Assembly (NCBI GenBank): GCA_951406725.2
Contig: OX597814.1
Span: 162,564,001 to 162,628,000, forward strand
DNA: 64,000 nt
From: Octopus vulgaris
Lineage: Eukaryota
Direction: 5' to 3'
A program made the position numbers and the translations under genes. Below, piece after piece: positions 1-13,998 of this stretch. Within the stretch, counting starts at the first letter, position 1. Every line of letters starts with the position of its first letter. Below the pieces are notes generated by a model. That model was not told the DNA's origin. It searched no databases and worked only from the letters and a program-made list of their open reading frames with translations.

Positions 1-165
1 GTGTCCTCTCCCATGGCCTTTAAGATGTCGTTGAAATGATGCAAGAGCTGTGTTAAGCAGTCCCTTCCATTGCGGAAGCCATGCTGGTTGTGAATAATCA
101 GGTTGTTAGATTTCAAGAAGTGAGTTACTCGAGATCTCACAACTCTCTCAAATAATTTTAATGAT
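1..165 (-). pseudogene. CR1-group LINE RT fragment
   Basis: Translates KLFERVVRSRVTHFLKSNNLIIHNQHGFRNGRDCLTQLLHHFNDI. Confidence 0.8.
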
Positions 166-452
166 ATACAAACAAATTTTGTATAACACTTTGTAGACAA
201 ACGTAGATGTTCTAAATAGCCGACATTGGGCTATACATATACAAGGACATCATAGCAGTGAATGGCAAAACACACTGCAATATGGACAACATATCATCAT
301 GGATAATAAATACACAAGAACGTTGCGGAATGGTTTAAGCCAATCAGTTACTTTTTATACATATTTTTATTTTACATCATTCCTTTTGTGAATACTAACG
401 TCGTTTGTTATAGGTTGATGTCAGCCAAGCAGTTTCTTATAAATAGATAGAC

Positions 453-692
453 CAGTGATTCTCAACCATCTTTTGCCAATGGACTCCTTTCATTCTCATT
501 TTATTCGGATGCCCGCACACACCCCTTGGCCATTTTATGCTTAAATAGATCCTTTAACATTTTTAGAATGAGATATTAGGAATTATATTTAAAAAAGTTG
601 TCAATATATTTTGTGTATTGTAAAAAGTATATGCAATGCATTGCAGAATTTTAACAAAAAAATTTTCTATGGATTCTGGTTGAGAACCACTG
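453..692. mobile_element. hAT/Charlie-type MITE
   Basis: TIRs cagtgattctcaacc and ggttgagaaccactg. Imperfect 8-bp TSD agatagac/agataacg. Confidence 0.7.
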
Positions 693-3600
693 AGATAACG
701 GATTGACAAATGGATAAACAAATAGGCAGACAGACAGATAGATCGACAGACAGAAAGATAAATACGCACTCACACGCCACTCCAACATATACTCCGATCA
801 GGTGATTGTAACTCAAATAGGAAAGAACTTAATGCTAAAAACAGAGTAGGGGTACTTAGTTTTCATTCTCATCAAACAACGTGGCCAGATGATACGACTT
901 TCGTCTGTTCAGTATATATATATATATACTAGCGCTAACGTTTGTGTCTGTGGTTCAGATTTTCTTCGTACCCACACGTTTTGCGTTCGGGAACACGTGT
1001 CTTTTACCATAAACTCCAGATCATGTATGCCTACGTGTATGTGTGTGTGTGGGGGGGTGGAGTGGGGTGTAGGAAAACAGATTAGATGATGCTTCGAACT
1101 AAAATACCGTGACGGAAGTACTGGCAGTACACAGAGAAACTTGACACGTGATTCGGCGGTTCGTAATATTGATTCCAGCTCTTGATTAATGTCGAGTCAA
1201 AAAAAAAAATTGAAGCCTGTTCCTCTCAGTCTGTCTGTCTCCCGCGCTCTCCTCTCTCTCTTCCCCTCTCTCTATCTTTCTATCTATCTCACACACACAC
1301 ATGGTACAGATTAAAAAGAGAATCGTTAAAAGTGTAGCAAAATGATGAAAAATATTTACCAAGTTTGAAATTTGATACTAGCCTGGACCAACAGTGTGAC
1401 ACCGGGCTGTTTCCATCTATTGGGTCATGACATTTTAGTGCAAACTGTCTCTACGTGGTCAGTTGACATGCTAGAAATAACAGCTAGAATTCCTCTCATA
1501 TTAAACATGCTCGTCTTACTAAATTAAAGTATTTGATGATATAGGCATAGGTAAGTGTATGCAAAAAAAAAAAAAATAATAATAAATAGAGGCGATGAAG
1601 AAATCAATGTTGTTATTCATCGAAAAGGTCAATCAGGGTTGATATGGGAGTTAATAAACAGTAATATAATATGGCCCCCTAAAGATTATGACTTAATAAC
1701 ATGTAACATGTTTTCGCTAATTGTTTACTTGCCTAGGTAATCACCAGCAGACACCTCTTGGCCAGCCCACGGGAGGAACATGGAACGAGTGACTGCTAGA
1801 GGGAAGGATAATTGCGCAGGCTGGGAATAATTTTCAGCTGAGCAGACAGGAGCAACGTCAAATGAAGTGCCACTCAATCCAGGAATTGAACCCGTGAACA
1901 TGTGATTCTGAGCCCAACACCTTATCCGCCAAACCAGGCGCCTTCACCGACATCACTCCGCACTGTATGTATGTACGCGTGTATCTGCGTGTGTGTGTGT
2001 GTATGGATGGATGCATGTGTGTGTTTATAATTTTATAAGACAAACTGCGTGATTGAGAAATTAGCTTCGCACTCATATAGTTCACAGGCACCCTCATCGT
2101 GTATCACCTTGGAGACTTTGACCTCTACAATATTCTTCATTTGATCTTTACCGTGGAGTGGAATTTGATATACATCGAACAACTACTGTAAAGGCACTTC
2201 ATTAACTTTTTATCTTCACTTGTAGCTGCTGATGTTGCTTAACCCCAGGTTAATCATGGCTTCGAAGTTCTATGATAAAATGTATTCCAGTCATGACTAT
2301 CCCATCTTTTTAGAAGAATGTCTAAGAATGCCTTATCCAACGTGGTCTTCGATATGGTTGAAGGGTGATTTGGCTGCTATCTCTAACAAGGGGAAACGAC
2401 CATGTTAATGCCCTCTTGTTGGCTCTTACTTAAGATGTTAATAGTGAAGTGATTAATCAGTTCCCTCCACTATCTTTATTCCCCCCCCCCACCACTCAGC
2501 GTATCGTTGATTGTAGTTTCATCGACCCCTGTCAGGCGAAAGATTAAACTGACCGACACACGACTTATTGTTATTTACGATAAAGCACCCACGCTAGAGT
2601 CCCGGATTTAGCTTAGCTATATTTACCTCTTATTTCCTTTGAAAACTGTCCACTTCGATTTCATTCCTAAATTCCATGGAAACTGAGCGGCAAGAACACT
2701 TAATATACCCTATCCTCCGTGTATTAACACCATCGATGAATTCTTAAGCTACCGCGTATTAACTCCATTTATGAATTATTAAGTGATCTAAAACGGCACA
2801 GAAAGTTTGCACAAGATAAACTATCAGTAATTTTGTCGAAATGTCATAAAGGCTGTTGAAACGAAATAAATATTTGTTGAAACGTAATATGCAAATTTGA
2901 TTTGAATCCTTGTTGTGATCATTTGATTTAACATGATATCCTTTAGGTCAAACGGATTTACGCTATGTTCAAATGCTGAATGTTTTTGAAACGGTTAAAG
3001 CATTACGCAGCTTAATTCATTCATATAGAACACAATTGTTAATACACACTCTTTTCTTTTTCTTCCTCTGACCTGCTTCATTCTTTTCGTTAAAGTGATA
3101 GAGAGGTGGCTACCTTTGTCCAAGGTGATCCTGTTGATTTCGGAGAAGGCTACTTCTAGTTTTTTTTGTTTTTTTAAACTGGCTTCAGTAATTAGACAGC
3201 GACCACGCTGTCAGAGGATTATTTCATAATATCTACGTCCTCACATATTTTAATCCGGTGCGTGTTTTGCTGTTTTGTGTCGAACCTCTAACTTATGGGA
3301 CATGAAAGAATATATCACAAGCCGGCTAAACCCGGCTAAAATAACCACACAAACACACATAAAGGGAATCTACACACTTTCTGTTAACTGTATTCTACTC
3401 ACAAGGCTTGGACAATCCAAACCTCCGTTAAAAGACACTTGACAAAGGTGCTCCAACAGGGAATTGAATCCAGAGCTGCTTTGATGAGAGGCGATCTTCT
3501 TAATCTCACGGCTATATCTGTTCCTCACTGCTAAGTTTATATGTAAACTAGAATTCAGTTTGGAAGTTAACGAACCAGTTGTTAATTTTTACAAAGCTAC

Positions 3601-3898
3601 AGTTGCCTGTAGCTGTCAGCCATAATTATTTTGGTCATGTGATCATACCGTAGCGAGTCATGTGATAGAGATTCCAGTCTCTCAGTATCTGGTATGCGAT
3701 CGGCTTTCTCTAGCTTCAATGCTCTTTGAGTTTGCTACTACTCTCTTACTTTTATTATGGTATTTATTCCACCGCTTTCAATTATTCGAGAAACTAAAAT
3801 CTAATTTTCAGCTTTTCACGTTCACCAAATTTTGCACAAATTAAAAAAAAAATTCATCAACCAAGAAACAAAAATAAAATAAACATGTTTAAAAAACA

Positions 3899-4326
3899 GG
3901 CACAAGTGCAGTAGTATGGTTAAAGAAACTCTCTTTACAGTCACGCTGTTTTCGGCTCAGTCTCACTGCGTGGCACATTGAGCAAATAACTTTTACTACA
4001 GCTCCGGGCCGACCAATACCTTGCGAGTAAGTTTGGTAGACGGAAACTGTACGGAAGCTCATCGTATGTATGCGTGAGTATATATTTTTGAGACAATGTT
4101 TGTCAGCCTGACCACCGCTTGACAACCGGTATTGGCTTGTTTACCTCCTCTTAACATAGCGGTTCGCCGTAAGGGACCTATATGATAAGTACCAGAGTTA
4201 AAATAAATAAATAAATAAAACAAATCACAAGTATTCGGATCGATTTGACCGACAAAAACCCGTCAAGGTGGTGCCCCAGCATGGTCGCAGTCTAGTGATT
4301 GAAACAAGTAACAAGTAAAAGATAAA
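3899..4326 (+). mobile_element. tRNA-derived SINE, family A
   Basis: Similar to 18799-19240: tRNA-like head, ggtagacggaaact core, tail cagcatgg..gaaacaagtaaaaga. Confidence 0.75.
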
Positions 4327-4636
4327 TAAGAAAATAATGAAAACAAAAATTATAAGTAATTTAATCTATCAACCGTCGCCTGGTTTAACATCATTCCCTA
4401 AACTTCGGATGTATTTAGCGAAGTTTACTCTGTTACAAACATTTGGACAGGTCTCTGCTCTGTGGATAGCTTTTCTCTTTTTCTCTCACCTATCTTGGAA
4501 GGCTTGGAAACCCTAGAAAGAGTTGTTTCCCCACCATTTAGATAAAATTTCGGTTCAAGCGGTGGTTGTTCTAGGGTTAGTGAAAAGGCGATATCTAAAT
4601 CAGCGCCCCAGGAAGATAGAATAAAGTAAAACAAAT

Positions 4637-5010
4637 AGGTGCAGGCATGGCTATGTGATTAAGAATATTGCTTTGCAACCACGTGGTTACGGCTTCAGTC
4701 CCACTATGCGGCATTTTGGGCAAGTGTCTTCTACTATAGCTCCGGCCCCACCAATGCTTTGTAAGTGAATTTGGTAGATGGAAACTTTGTGGAAATCCGC
4801 CATATGTATATGCATGTGTTTGTCTCCTACCACTCCTTGGCAACTAGTTGGTTTGTTTACGTTACCGTAACTGAGCGGTTCAGCGAGAGACCGACAGAAT
4901 AAGTAACAACTTTATAAATAAGTACCGGGGGTCGATTTTTTCGACTAAACCCGGTCAAGGCGGTAACCCGGCATAACCTAAGTCAAATGACTGAAACAAG
5001 TAAAAGATAA
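4637..5010 (+). mobile_element. tRNA-derived SINE, family A
   Basis: Same head/core/tail as the other family A copies. Confidence 0.75.
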
Positions 5011-5012
5011 CT

Positions 5013-5330
5013 GATACTCCGTCGGTTAGAACGACGAGGGTTCCAGTTGATCTGATCAACCGAACAACCTGCTCGTGAAATTAACGTGCAATTGGTTCAG
5101 CACTCCACAGACACGCGTACCCTTACCGTAGTTCTCAGGGAGATTCAGCGCGAGACAATGTGACAAAGCTGGCACCCTGAAATAAAGGTACAACACATTT
5201 TTGCTAGCTGAATGGACTGGAGCAACGTGAAATAAAGTGCCTTGCTCAAGGACACAGAACGCCGCCGGGAATCGAACACACGATCTCACGATCGTGAGCC
5301 GAATACCTTAACCATTAAGCTACGCGCCTT
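5013..5330 (-). mobile_element. tRNA-derived SINE, family C
   Basis: Minus-strand tRNA-like head (tagcttaatggttaagg..gttcgattccc). Closely similar copy at 49815-50130. Confidence 0.8.
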
Positions 5331-5978
5331 GGGACATTGCACAGCTTCAGTTACACATCAGCCGAATTACTCTAACTAGCAGACAACAAAACATGATATT
5401 TTGTCAAACTTTACTTAAAGCTCTTGTGAAACCAATACATGACGTGAAGCAATAATTAGATTGTTGATCAATACTTGCACGGCACCGGCCGTAGACATTG
5501 TTTGCCGTTTCTATAGCGATAACCTGATGGTACTTCGTTTTCGAACAACCCTCACGACGCTTGTGTGTTTCACTAAAAGCTAAAATATTTAATTTTCCCT
5601 TAAGCTTGATTGTCAGTCAATAAAAAAAGGGAATATGCAGATATGCTATTATAAATTCAATACTTCACCGAAATACGTGTAAAAAGAAAAATAAATTAAT
5701 AAACGTTCTCTTTCTTTGTTTGTGATTAATTTTTTTTTTGTGTTGTTGATGACGATCATAATGATGTTGCCCGGTCACGTAGGACTTAGCGAAATTGAGG
5801 CACTGAGGTTAGTGAAATGTCAAAACGACCTAATTCTGTTTACATGATCATGTTTATTTGTCATGAGATGTGAGTTTAGACGTGTCTCCGTATAATGTTT
5901 CAAAGCTTTAGACCAGAGTGTGCAGTGACTCCTTGTTTATGTTTACACCCACACACACACACACACATACACACACGC

Positions 5979-6038
<60 letters not shown>

Positions 6039-6370
6039 GGAGATAGGGAGGGAGGAGAGAGACAGAAAGGGAGAGAAGGAGAGAGGAGCGAGAGAGAATA
6101 GAGAACGTTCATGGCCAAGTTGATAGGACACTGGATAATCAATCAGGAAGTTGACAGTTCGTTTCCTGTCAGAAGCAGTGCGTTGTGACTGTTGTTACCA
6201 ATATACCTAATTCTACTCAACGGTTAACAAAAACAAAGAACGGGTACAACTCGATAATGTAAGCAGCGGGATCAGTGTATAAATTGATTGACGAGTGTTT
6301 TGTCAGCTCACCGGGCCGAATTCAATTCCAGCTTAGAGAAAGGTTTACGAGATCACACGAAGAGAATCTC

Positions 6371-7053
6371 TACAGCCGAAACTAGAAGTTTGGAACATAG
6401 ATCTGAAAGTTAGAATTTTTATGTTAAATGCCCAAATTTATATTCAATTTGCAATATATTATTACTTGACCGAAAGTTTGGGACATAGGTCTGAAAATCA
6501 GAATCTCTATATCTATAAACGGCAAAACGTCCGTGTATCTGTGTGTCTGTGTGTCCTTTATACAAATCCAGTTTTTCACGTAAAAGGCTCGCATTTTCTA
6601 TGGGCTTTCAAAATTGTCTGAGGGTGGTCGTGAAGATCTTTTCATTCCCCCAGTCACCCCAGAAAGCCATTAAAAAATCGATAAACCGACCCCTTATGCG
6701 CAACAGTTGAATGCGCGTGCGCTTTTGCAGACAGTCTGTATGACTCAGCGCCTTTTTGTGTTTTGCGAAGACGCGTCATCATGTGTTTTGGTTTTCAAAC
6801 GTGCACGCTTTTTTGATTTGAGAAATGCAGGGAATAATTAACGAGTTAGACCAAGTGAATGACAAGAGAGCAGGATTTTCATGAAAGAACAAATATGCTT
6901 GACTAGCACTAGACCCGGCAACACCGGGTCATAGTGCTAGTTTTTATATAAAATGCCCAAATATATACGTTGTATATATCTGAATTGAATTGTACTTGAG
7001 CATAGCAATTTTAATTTTAAAAAGAATGTTCCAAACTTTCGGCCACGACTGTA
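6371..7053. mobile_element. Tc1-like MITE hosting the Helitron
   Basis: tacag..aagtttggaaca and tgttccaaactttcggccacgactgta form imperfect TIRs with TA ends. Confidence 0.5.
6504..6940 (+). mobile_element. Non-autonomous Helitron
   Basis: 5' TC, 3' hairpin gacccgg-caaca-ccgggtc then CTAG. Inserted between A and T without TSD. Confidence 0.8.
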
Positions 7054-7530
7054 CGCGTTGATTCTATGGTTAGCTTAGTTTTGGGACTCGCCACCAATGG
7101 ATTGATGAGAATACTGATGTCGTTTATGTTGATCCGCATTTTTTATTTATTTATGCGATGGTGGTGGATGAGTAAATATGAAGTTTCTTGCTCAGGATCA
7201 TTGTTCAAGATTACTAGCAACCTGTGGGATTAGAACTAGCTTCAATGAGGAGACGAAAGTGAAAGTGAGGTGAACGATACTGAGGAAATGCAGGAAACAA
7301 AATTTAAAAACAAATACGAAAAACATGCCAGCATGTTGGAACAGCGGTATACAGATAGATTATTCTATCAAAATAAGTAGATAGATAAGCAGATAGGCTA
7401 AAGTGATAAAAGAATGTGTGTTTGTACAATATATAGCGGGTTGAATTAGCCAAAACTGAAAACACATACACATACACACAAAGATTGCCTGTAAGTCATA
7501 CCTAACTTAATTAGTCAATATTTGATATTA

Positions 7531-7760
7531 ATATTTTTACTACTCACAAGGGGCTAAACACAGAGGGGACAAACAAAGACTAACAAAGGGTTTAAGTCGA
7601 TTACATCGACCCCAGTGCGTAACTGGTACTTAATTTATCGACCCCGAAAGGATGAAAGGCAAAGTCAACCTCGGCGGAATTTGAACTCAGAACGTTACAG
7701 CACACGAAATACGGCTACGCATTTCGCCCGGCGTGCTAACGTTTCTGCCAGCTCGCCGCC
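7531..7760 (-). mobile_element. SINE family B with 21-bp TSD
   Basis: Head ggcggcgagctggcaga on minus strand. Flanked by attagtc(a/g)atatttgatatta at 7510-7530 and 7761-7781. Confidence 0.85.
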
Positions 7761-8724
7761 ATTAGTCGATATTTGATATTATATTCAACAGGTAACGAGC
7801 TGGTAGAACCATTAGCATGACGGGCAAAATACTTGGTGGTGTGTCGTCCAACTTAATCTTCTGCGTTCAAATGCCGACGGCGTCGATACCTTATGTGTTC
7901 ATCTCTTTGGGAGTCGATAAAATAAGTACCAGTTAATCACTGAGGTTGATATAATTGACTGACGCCCTTCCCCCGAAATTACTGGCCTTGTGTTATAATT
8001 TGAAACCAATATTATATTTCAAAAGTGTTCTTATCTTTAAAAAATTTTTAAACAATTAAAAAATAACAGCATGTACTTTTGAAAAGCAGCGTAGTTCTTG
8101 CAGTTTAATCTGGCAATTGCTTGCGTGTGAGTCAATATGTATGTTTGTTGTGCGTATATATTTAGATATTCAGATAAATAATATAATATATATAAATAGA
8201 AAACTGAAGAGATGGATTGAATGATAGGTAGATGGGTAGATTAATCGGCTGAGTGGTAAAATTAAGAATGGGAATTGGGGAAAGAAATATATTTGTATAA
8301 AAAGAACAGATACTCGTTAGCAACTTTTGCAGACAATCGCAACACATGATAGAAATGGCGCCGAGAAATTCAAGACACACACACACTCATCTCTCCCCCT
8401 CTCTCTCACTGTCTCTAGTGAAAAGTGGTCATTATGAAATATATTTCTGAGAAACTTAAGGATATGAGCTAATAGTCATGTGATGACCATAATGTATGTC
8501 TCCGTCTGGGAGACAGAAAGCGCCAAAGCCCTTCGCAAAGCTCAATGAAATTGTTGAGATCAAACACGGTTGATTTCGTTTTAAAGATCAGTAGGTTGAG
8601 AAAGGATTGTAAGAATTAGTGCAAGGTTTAGGGAATAATAAACAGTAGGGTAACTGGACGGAGAGAAAAAGGCTTTGAAAAAGAGATATGTAACTATCTC
8701 CTTGAAGTAAGCGTAGGCTGTTGT

Positions 8725-8786
<62 letters not shown>

Positions 8787-9275
8787 GAGAGAGAGTGGGA
8801 GGGAGAAAGAAATAGAGAGAGATAGAGTTTAGAGAAGAGGACAGGGGTAGACAGGATGTCTAAGGACAAGAAGCTGCAGCGTGTCTCCGAGAAAGTCTTT
8901 GCTGATTATTCGGATTTTCATCTTTGCGTTGTGTAAGGGTATTTGCATATGCAGCAGCAACAATAGCGTCCTCATGTTTGAAGAAGCAGCAGTCCATTGC
9001 GGATCATACTTAAGCTTCGGAGAAAGTCAGCAGTTAATTAAAACTGAAGTATTTAACTAATTCTCTCAATGCACAAGTCCATTCATTCCATGCTCTGCAT
9101 AAAACATTATCGCAATTTAAGACCATTAACATAGGAAACATTAAATTCCTATGACCGCCAGTGTATATATGTATGTGTGTGAGTGTGTGCGGTGTGTGCA
9201 TGGTTTGAGTGTGTGTGAGTGCGCACGCTCATACGTATTACATTTTAAGGGCATCTACTTTTACATCTGTAAGAT

Positions 9276-9313
<38 letters not shown>

Positions 9314-10517
9314 AATAGAGTGTAAAAAGTGAGAAAAAATGTGATATATCTATTTGTAAATATATATATAGATAGATATCTACATAACTATGCATGTTTA
9401 TACATGCCTCTGTGTGTGTATATATGTATTTGTAAATATGTACGTGTGTTTGTATACAGACACACATATGTATATAAATAAATGCTGGGCACGACTTTTA
9501 ATTGCATTTGGCAGTGGGGATCTGGTTCGAGAATTCCAGGATTTCAAGGAATGTGGAGCCATCTCTAAGCCATTAGAGTAGTAGCACCTGTTAATGTCCC
9601 AGCTATAGGTTAACTACCTATGGGAGTGAAGGACTCCTAGTTCACGTTAGAACTTCCTTTAGGAGAAAATAAACTTATATTAAAAACCTAAAGTGCATTT
9701 GGTTTCTGGTCGTCTCAAACTCTGTTGTAGAGCTGATTGCACCGAGAAGTGGATTTCATGCTGTGCAACACTTCATCCACGCGAAACAAACTCACGCACA
9801 GGAATTTCTTCGATTCTCGAAACTTTGTATGGACTTACTGGAGTTAAGAAGTGTTCTTCTTACTCGGTCACGAGTTGACTTTTACTTACACACACACACA
9901 CACACACACAAAAGTATGTATGCCATTATTCAGTTTTATTTCAAGATTTCTTGCCAATAGGGAAAGAGCCGGTTTCTAATCTAGATGCAAGACTCCTTCA
10001 TTGGAATGTCAACATCAACAATATTTTTGTTTGTATGGATGTATGCAAATTTGTATGCTTTGTTTTATGTATGTCTTTTTTCTTGCATACCTAGACGTGC
10101 TCATGTATACTTGATAAACCTCTGGGGAGTTTTACAGATTTTACAGTTCCAGTGATGGCGTGAATCTGTCTGACTGTCTATATGTACGTACGTATGTATG
10201 TATGTATGTGCAAACTACATAATTACAAAATTAGGGTATGAAAGAGTTATTTCGCTCATTGGGAGACTAGTGTCCTGGTGTAGAACTCAATACACTTGCG
10301 CTTCAGAACGAAGCGTTGGCCAAGAACAGAGCGGTTAAAAGAAAATAAGATGATAAATAAATTGCACTTCATATTCAAAGCTCCGATGAAGCTATAAGAT
10401 GTTAATAAAGCACTCAACAATGAGTCCATTGCTTCTTATAGCAGAAACAACTGTGAGCTAATGAAGTTTATAAGGTAATCATTTATTCCTTTGTCATCTT
10501 ATATATATATATATATA

Positions 10518-10785
10518 TTCCTGGTGAAGGCTTGTTTGTGGGGTTACCCTGGGATTCCCGTCCATAGAGGGTTTAACTTTGTGGCGCATCGTCACACCCA
10601 AAGACCTGTTGGCCTAAGACCTCTTTAAAATATGGAGGGGAAAAGTTTTGGTAGAAAGGCAGATGAGCCTTCCCCCCTCCATATTTTTAAAGAGGTCTTA
10701 TGCCAACAGGTCTTGGGGTCTGATGATACGCCACAAAGTTAAAACCTCTATGGACGGGAAACCCAGAGTAACCCATCACCAAGAA
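10518..10785. repeat. Long inverted repeat (~120-bp arms) carrying a hammerhead-like motif in each arm
   Basis: Left arm ~10518-10642 is the reverse complement of right arm ~10670-10785. Right arm has gggt-CTGATGA...GAAA-cccaga-GTA-accc. Confidence 0.75.
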
Positions 10786-11453
10786 AAAATCAGACTGCTC
10801 TACTTTTTAGAGTGTGCTTCTTCTCCGGATTTATGTTGTTCTAAAAACGGTACATATATATATATATATCGTTTTTGTATCAGGTTTGCAAGATTCTTTA
10901 TGAGAATTCGTGTGCTGGAACAAACTTTGTTGTGTCTGGGCAGTATAACTCTCCTCAGACACAACAATGTGTGTGTTTGTGTGTGTTCAGTGTTTGTTAT
11001 TACTTTCATACACAGTTTCAGTCTAGTATTTAGTATTTACAGTAGCTGAGGAATCAAAAATGAAGAGGATGGCCAGTCACTACGATATCATACGATATAT
11101 GGCATCTCGCCATCATGTCTTTTCGCTTATACAAACTTAGTACGGGATTAAGAACATCTACTAGAGTAGATACGCACACATACGCACACACACAAAAATA
11201 AACATGATTTTTACATTTTATTTTCGTATTTTTACAAGTTTACAATACTACATATTACAATAATATAAGTACGTTCATGTAATAAGACATGATAGTACCT
11301 GCATAATTTAACATGTAATATTGTAAACTTTCAACAATAGAAAAGCACAATGTAAAGCACAGAGTAATGTAAAAATCTATGTTGGAATTTCATTGACTAA
11401 TATATTTAATCTATACAAAATTTTATAAGCCAAAGGACATTCGCGTGTATATG

Positions 11454-11500
<47 letters not shown>

Positions 11501-12495
11501 ATTGCAAACTGCTATTCATATTATTTTAATTATATATATAACTATATCTATATCTACACACACACACATACACACACATACACACACGCACACACACATA
11601 CACACACATACACACGCGCACACACACACACACATTTGTATGTATGCATGTATGAATGTATGTATGCATAGATGTATGCATAGATGTATGAATGAATATA
11701 TGTATGCATGTATGTATGTATATATGTTTATATGTACAATGCATATATGTATATACGTGCAATAGTCTTTTTTGTGTATCTGTGACTGAACTGCACAGCA
11801 AGCTTTACTATATTTTCTTGTTAGGACGATAAGTTACGATTTCAAGAAAATTAAACTATTTCGAACAGCTCATGTGACCTCCAAGACGGGCTCACGTTCA
11901 TTCTTGTAGCTTTTTGCATCGTACCAATGTTTTCCCATTTCAAATAACGCTACACTAATTGCCATTCTTCTTGGAGCCGATGCTGATCTTGCATTTAAGG
12001 AAAGTAACTTTCCTCCTCCTCCTCCTCTTTCCTCCCCCTCCTCTTCCTCCACATTCTTCTTTTTCTCGCTCTCTTTCTCTCTCATTTCTTTCACCCTCAC
12101 AATTAATCCCCCTCCTCTGCAATTATATTTTCGGTGCTGATGTTCTTGCACAACGTTGTGTATATATATTCGCAAAACAATTCAGGCGTTAGAATAATTC
12201 AGAGTGTTTTTGTGGAAAACAGGAGTGTACACATACCTAAAGACAAGCACATACGGACACATATATCCATACACATACGTAATTGTTCATACCGAAGTAT
12301 GCTGTATGTATGTATGTATGTATGTATGTACTCTCGTTAAATTACACACCAGTGAAAAGAAAGAAGAAAAAAACACAATCGGGCAACTATACCGACTTCC
12401 TTTTTATTTTTCTGGTTACCGTTGCAAATTCGCAACCTACGCTTCTCTATACACACACATATTTACGTTTATACAAGTTTATATATAACGGGAAG

Positions 12496-12497
<2 letters not shown>

Positions 12498-12572
<75 letters not shown>

Positions 12573-12581
12573 AATATATAC

Positions 12582-12621
<40 letters not shown>

Positions 12622-12921
12622 TATACACGTTATAAATATATATACATATTGTATATATATATATACATATACATACATATTAATACATAAATATAATATA
12701 TATACATATATATATGTATATACATATATATACATATTATATATATGCATATACACATTATATATATACATATTATATGTAGATATATACATATATATAT
12801 ATATACACATTATATATATAAATATATATATACATATATACACACATTATATATATAAATATATATATACATATATACACACATTATATATATAAATATA
12901 TATATACATATATACACACAT

Positions 12922-12955
<34 letters not shown>

Positions 12956-13040
12956 TACACACATTATATATATATATATATATACACATTATATATATAT
13001 ATATATATATCTACATACATACATATATACATACATACAT
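12498..13040. repeat. Compound (TA)n/(TACA) microsatellite
   Basis: Directly visible. Confidence 0.9.
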
Positions 13041-13813
13041 GCATACATGGTCTTCTTTAGTTTTCGTCTACGAAATCCACTTATAAGGTTTTGGTAGGTC
13101 TGAGGCTATAGTTGAACACACTTGTCCAAGATGCCACGCTGTAAGACTAAACTTAGAACCATATGTAGTTAGGAAGCACACAGCCGCGTCTATATGTATG
13201 TATCTCTCTCTCCCCCTCTCTCTCTCTGTATATATATATATCCTTAAATCCTTAAAAATGCTTCAGCCCGAAAGCTGTGGCCATGCTGGGGCACCACCGT
13301 TGAATGAGCTACACTAGTATATATATAATTTATTCTGTTATTCATTTAAATACCAGACTGGTCAACCTACCTCTCTTTGGAAATTAGTCCCATCTTAGTA
13401 CTCATATCTTACTTCGGCGTCAACTTTTGTGACAAACTTATTTTATCACTATTATTTACTTTAATATTTTTCTGATTTGACATTTGTTCTCGAGTGTTAA
13501 AATTTGTCTCCACTTATCTACTGCTTCTTACTCTGAATTTGTATTGTTGTATGGCCTATACTCCCTTGAAATAAAACATAAATAGCCACACGATGTGTAC
13601 ACCTACTGCCTGCGAATATATACAGTCAACTTACTCTCTGTAGTAGAGTCGACGTTTTCAACCACCATGAATCCTTCGAAGGATCAGTTACTAGGTTCCT
13701 ATATCAACCTCCTCCTACAGATGCACATATACCCTTATATATGTACCTATACAGGTTTGTGTATATAATATCTACTCCCTCACCACACTTCTCTTATCTC
13801 TCGTATATATATA

Positions 13814-13998
13814 TACAGTGATTGAACAAAATAATGGCAACACCTAGCACCTTGAAATATCTATAAAACCGTCAAAAGCTTGTTTATCTGAAAGTTTTTT
13901 GATTTATTATTAATGTGCTTAATATGTTTTGCTAAAATTGCGGTTTCTCTTCAGATATCAGAAAAAGGTAATTAAAATTCATTAAAATGATAGATCTA
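13814..13998 (+). mobile_element. Tc1-like left end fragment
   Basis: ta-cagtgattgaacaaaataatggcaacacc TIR-like start next to (TA)n. Confidence 0.4.
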
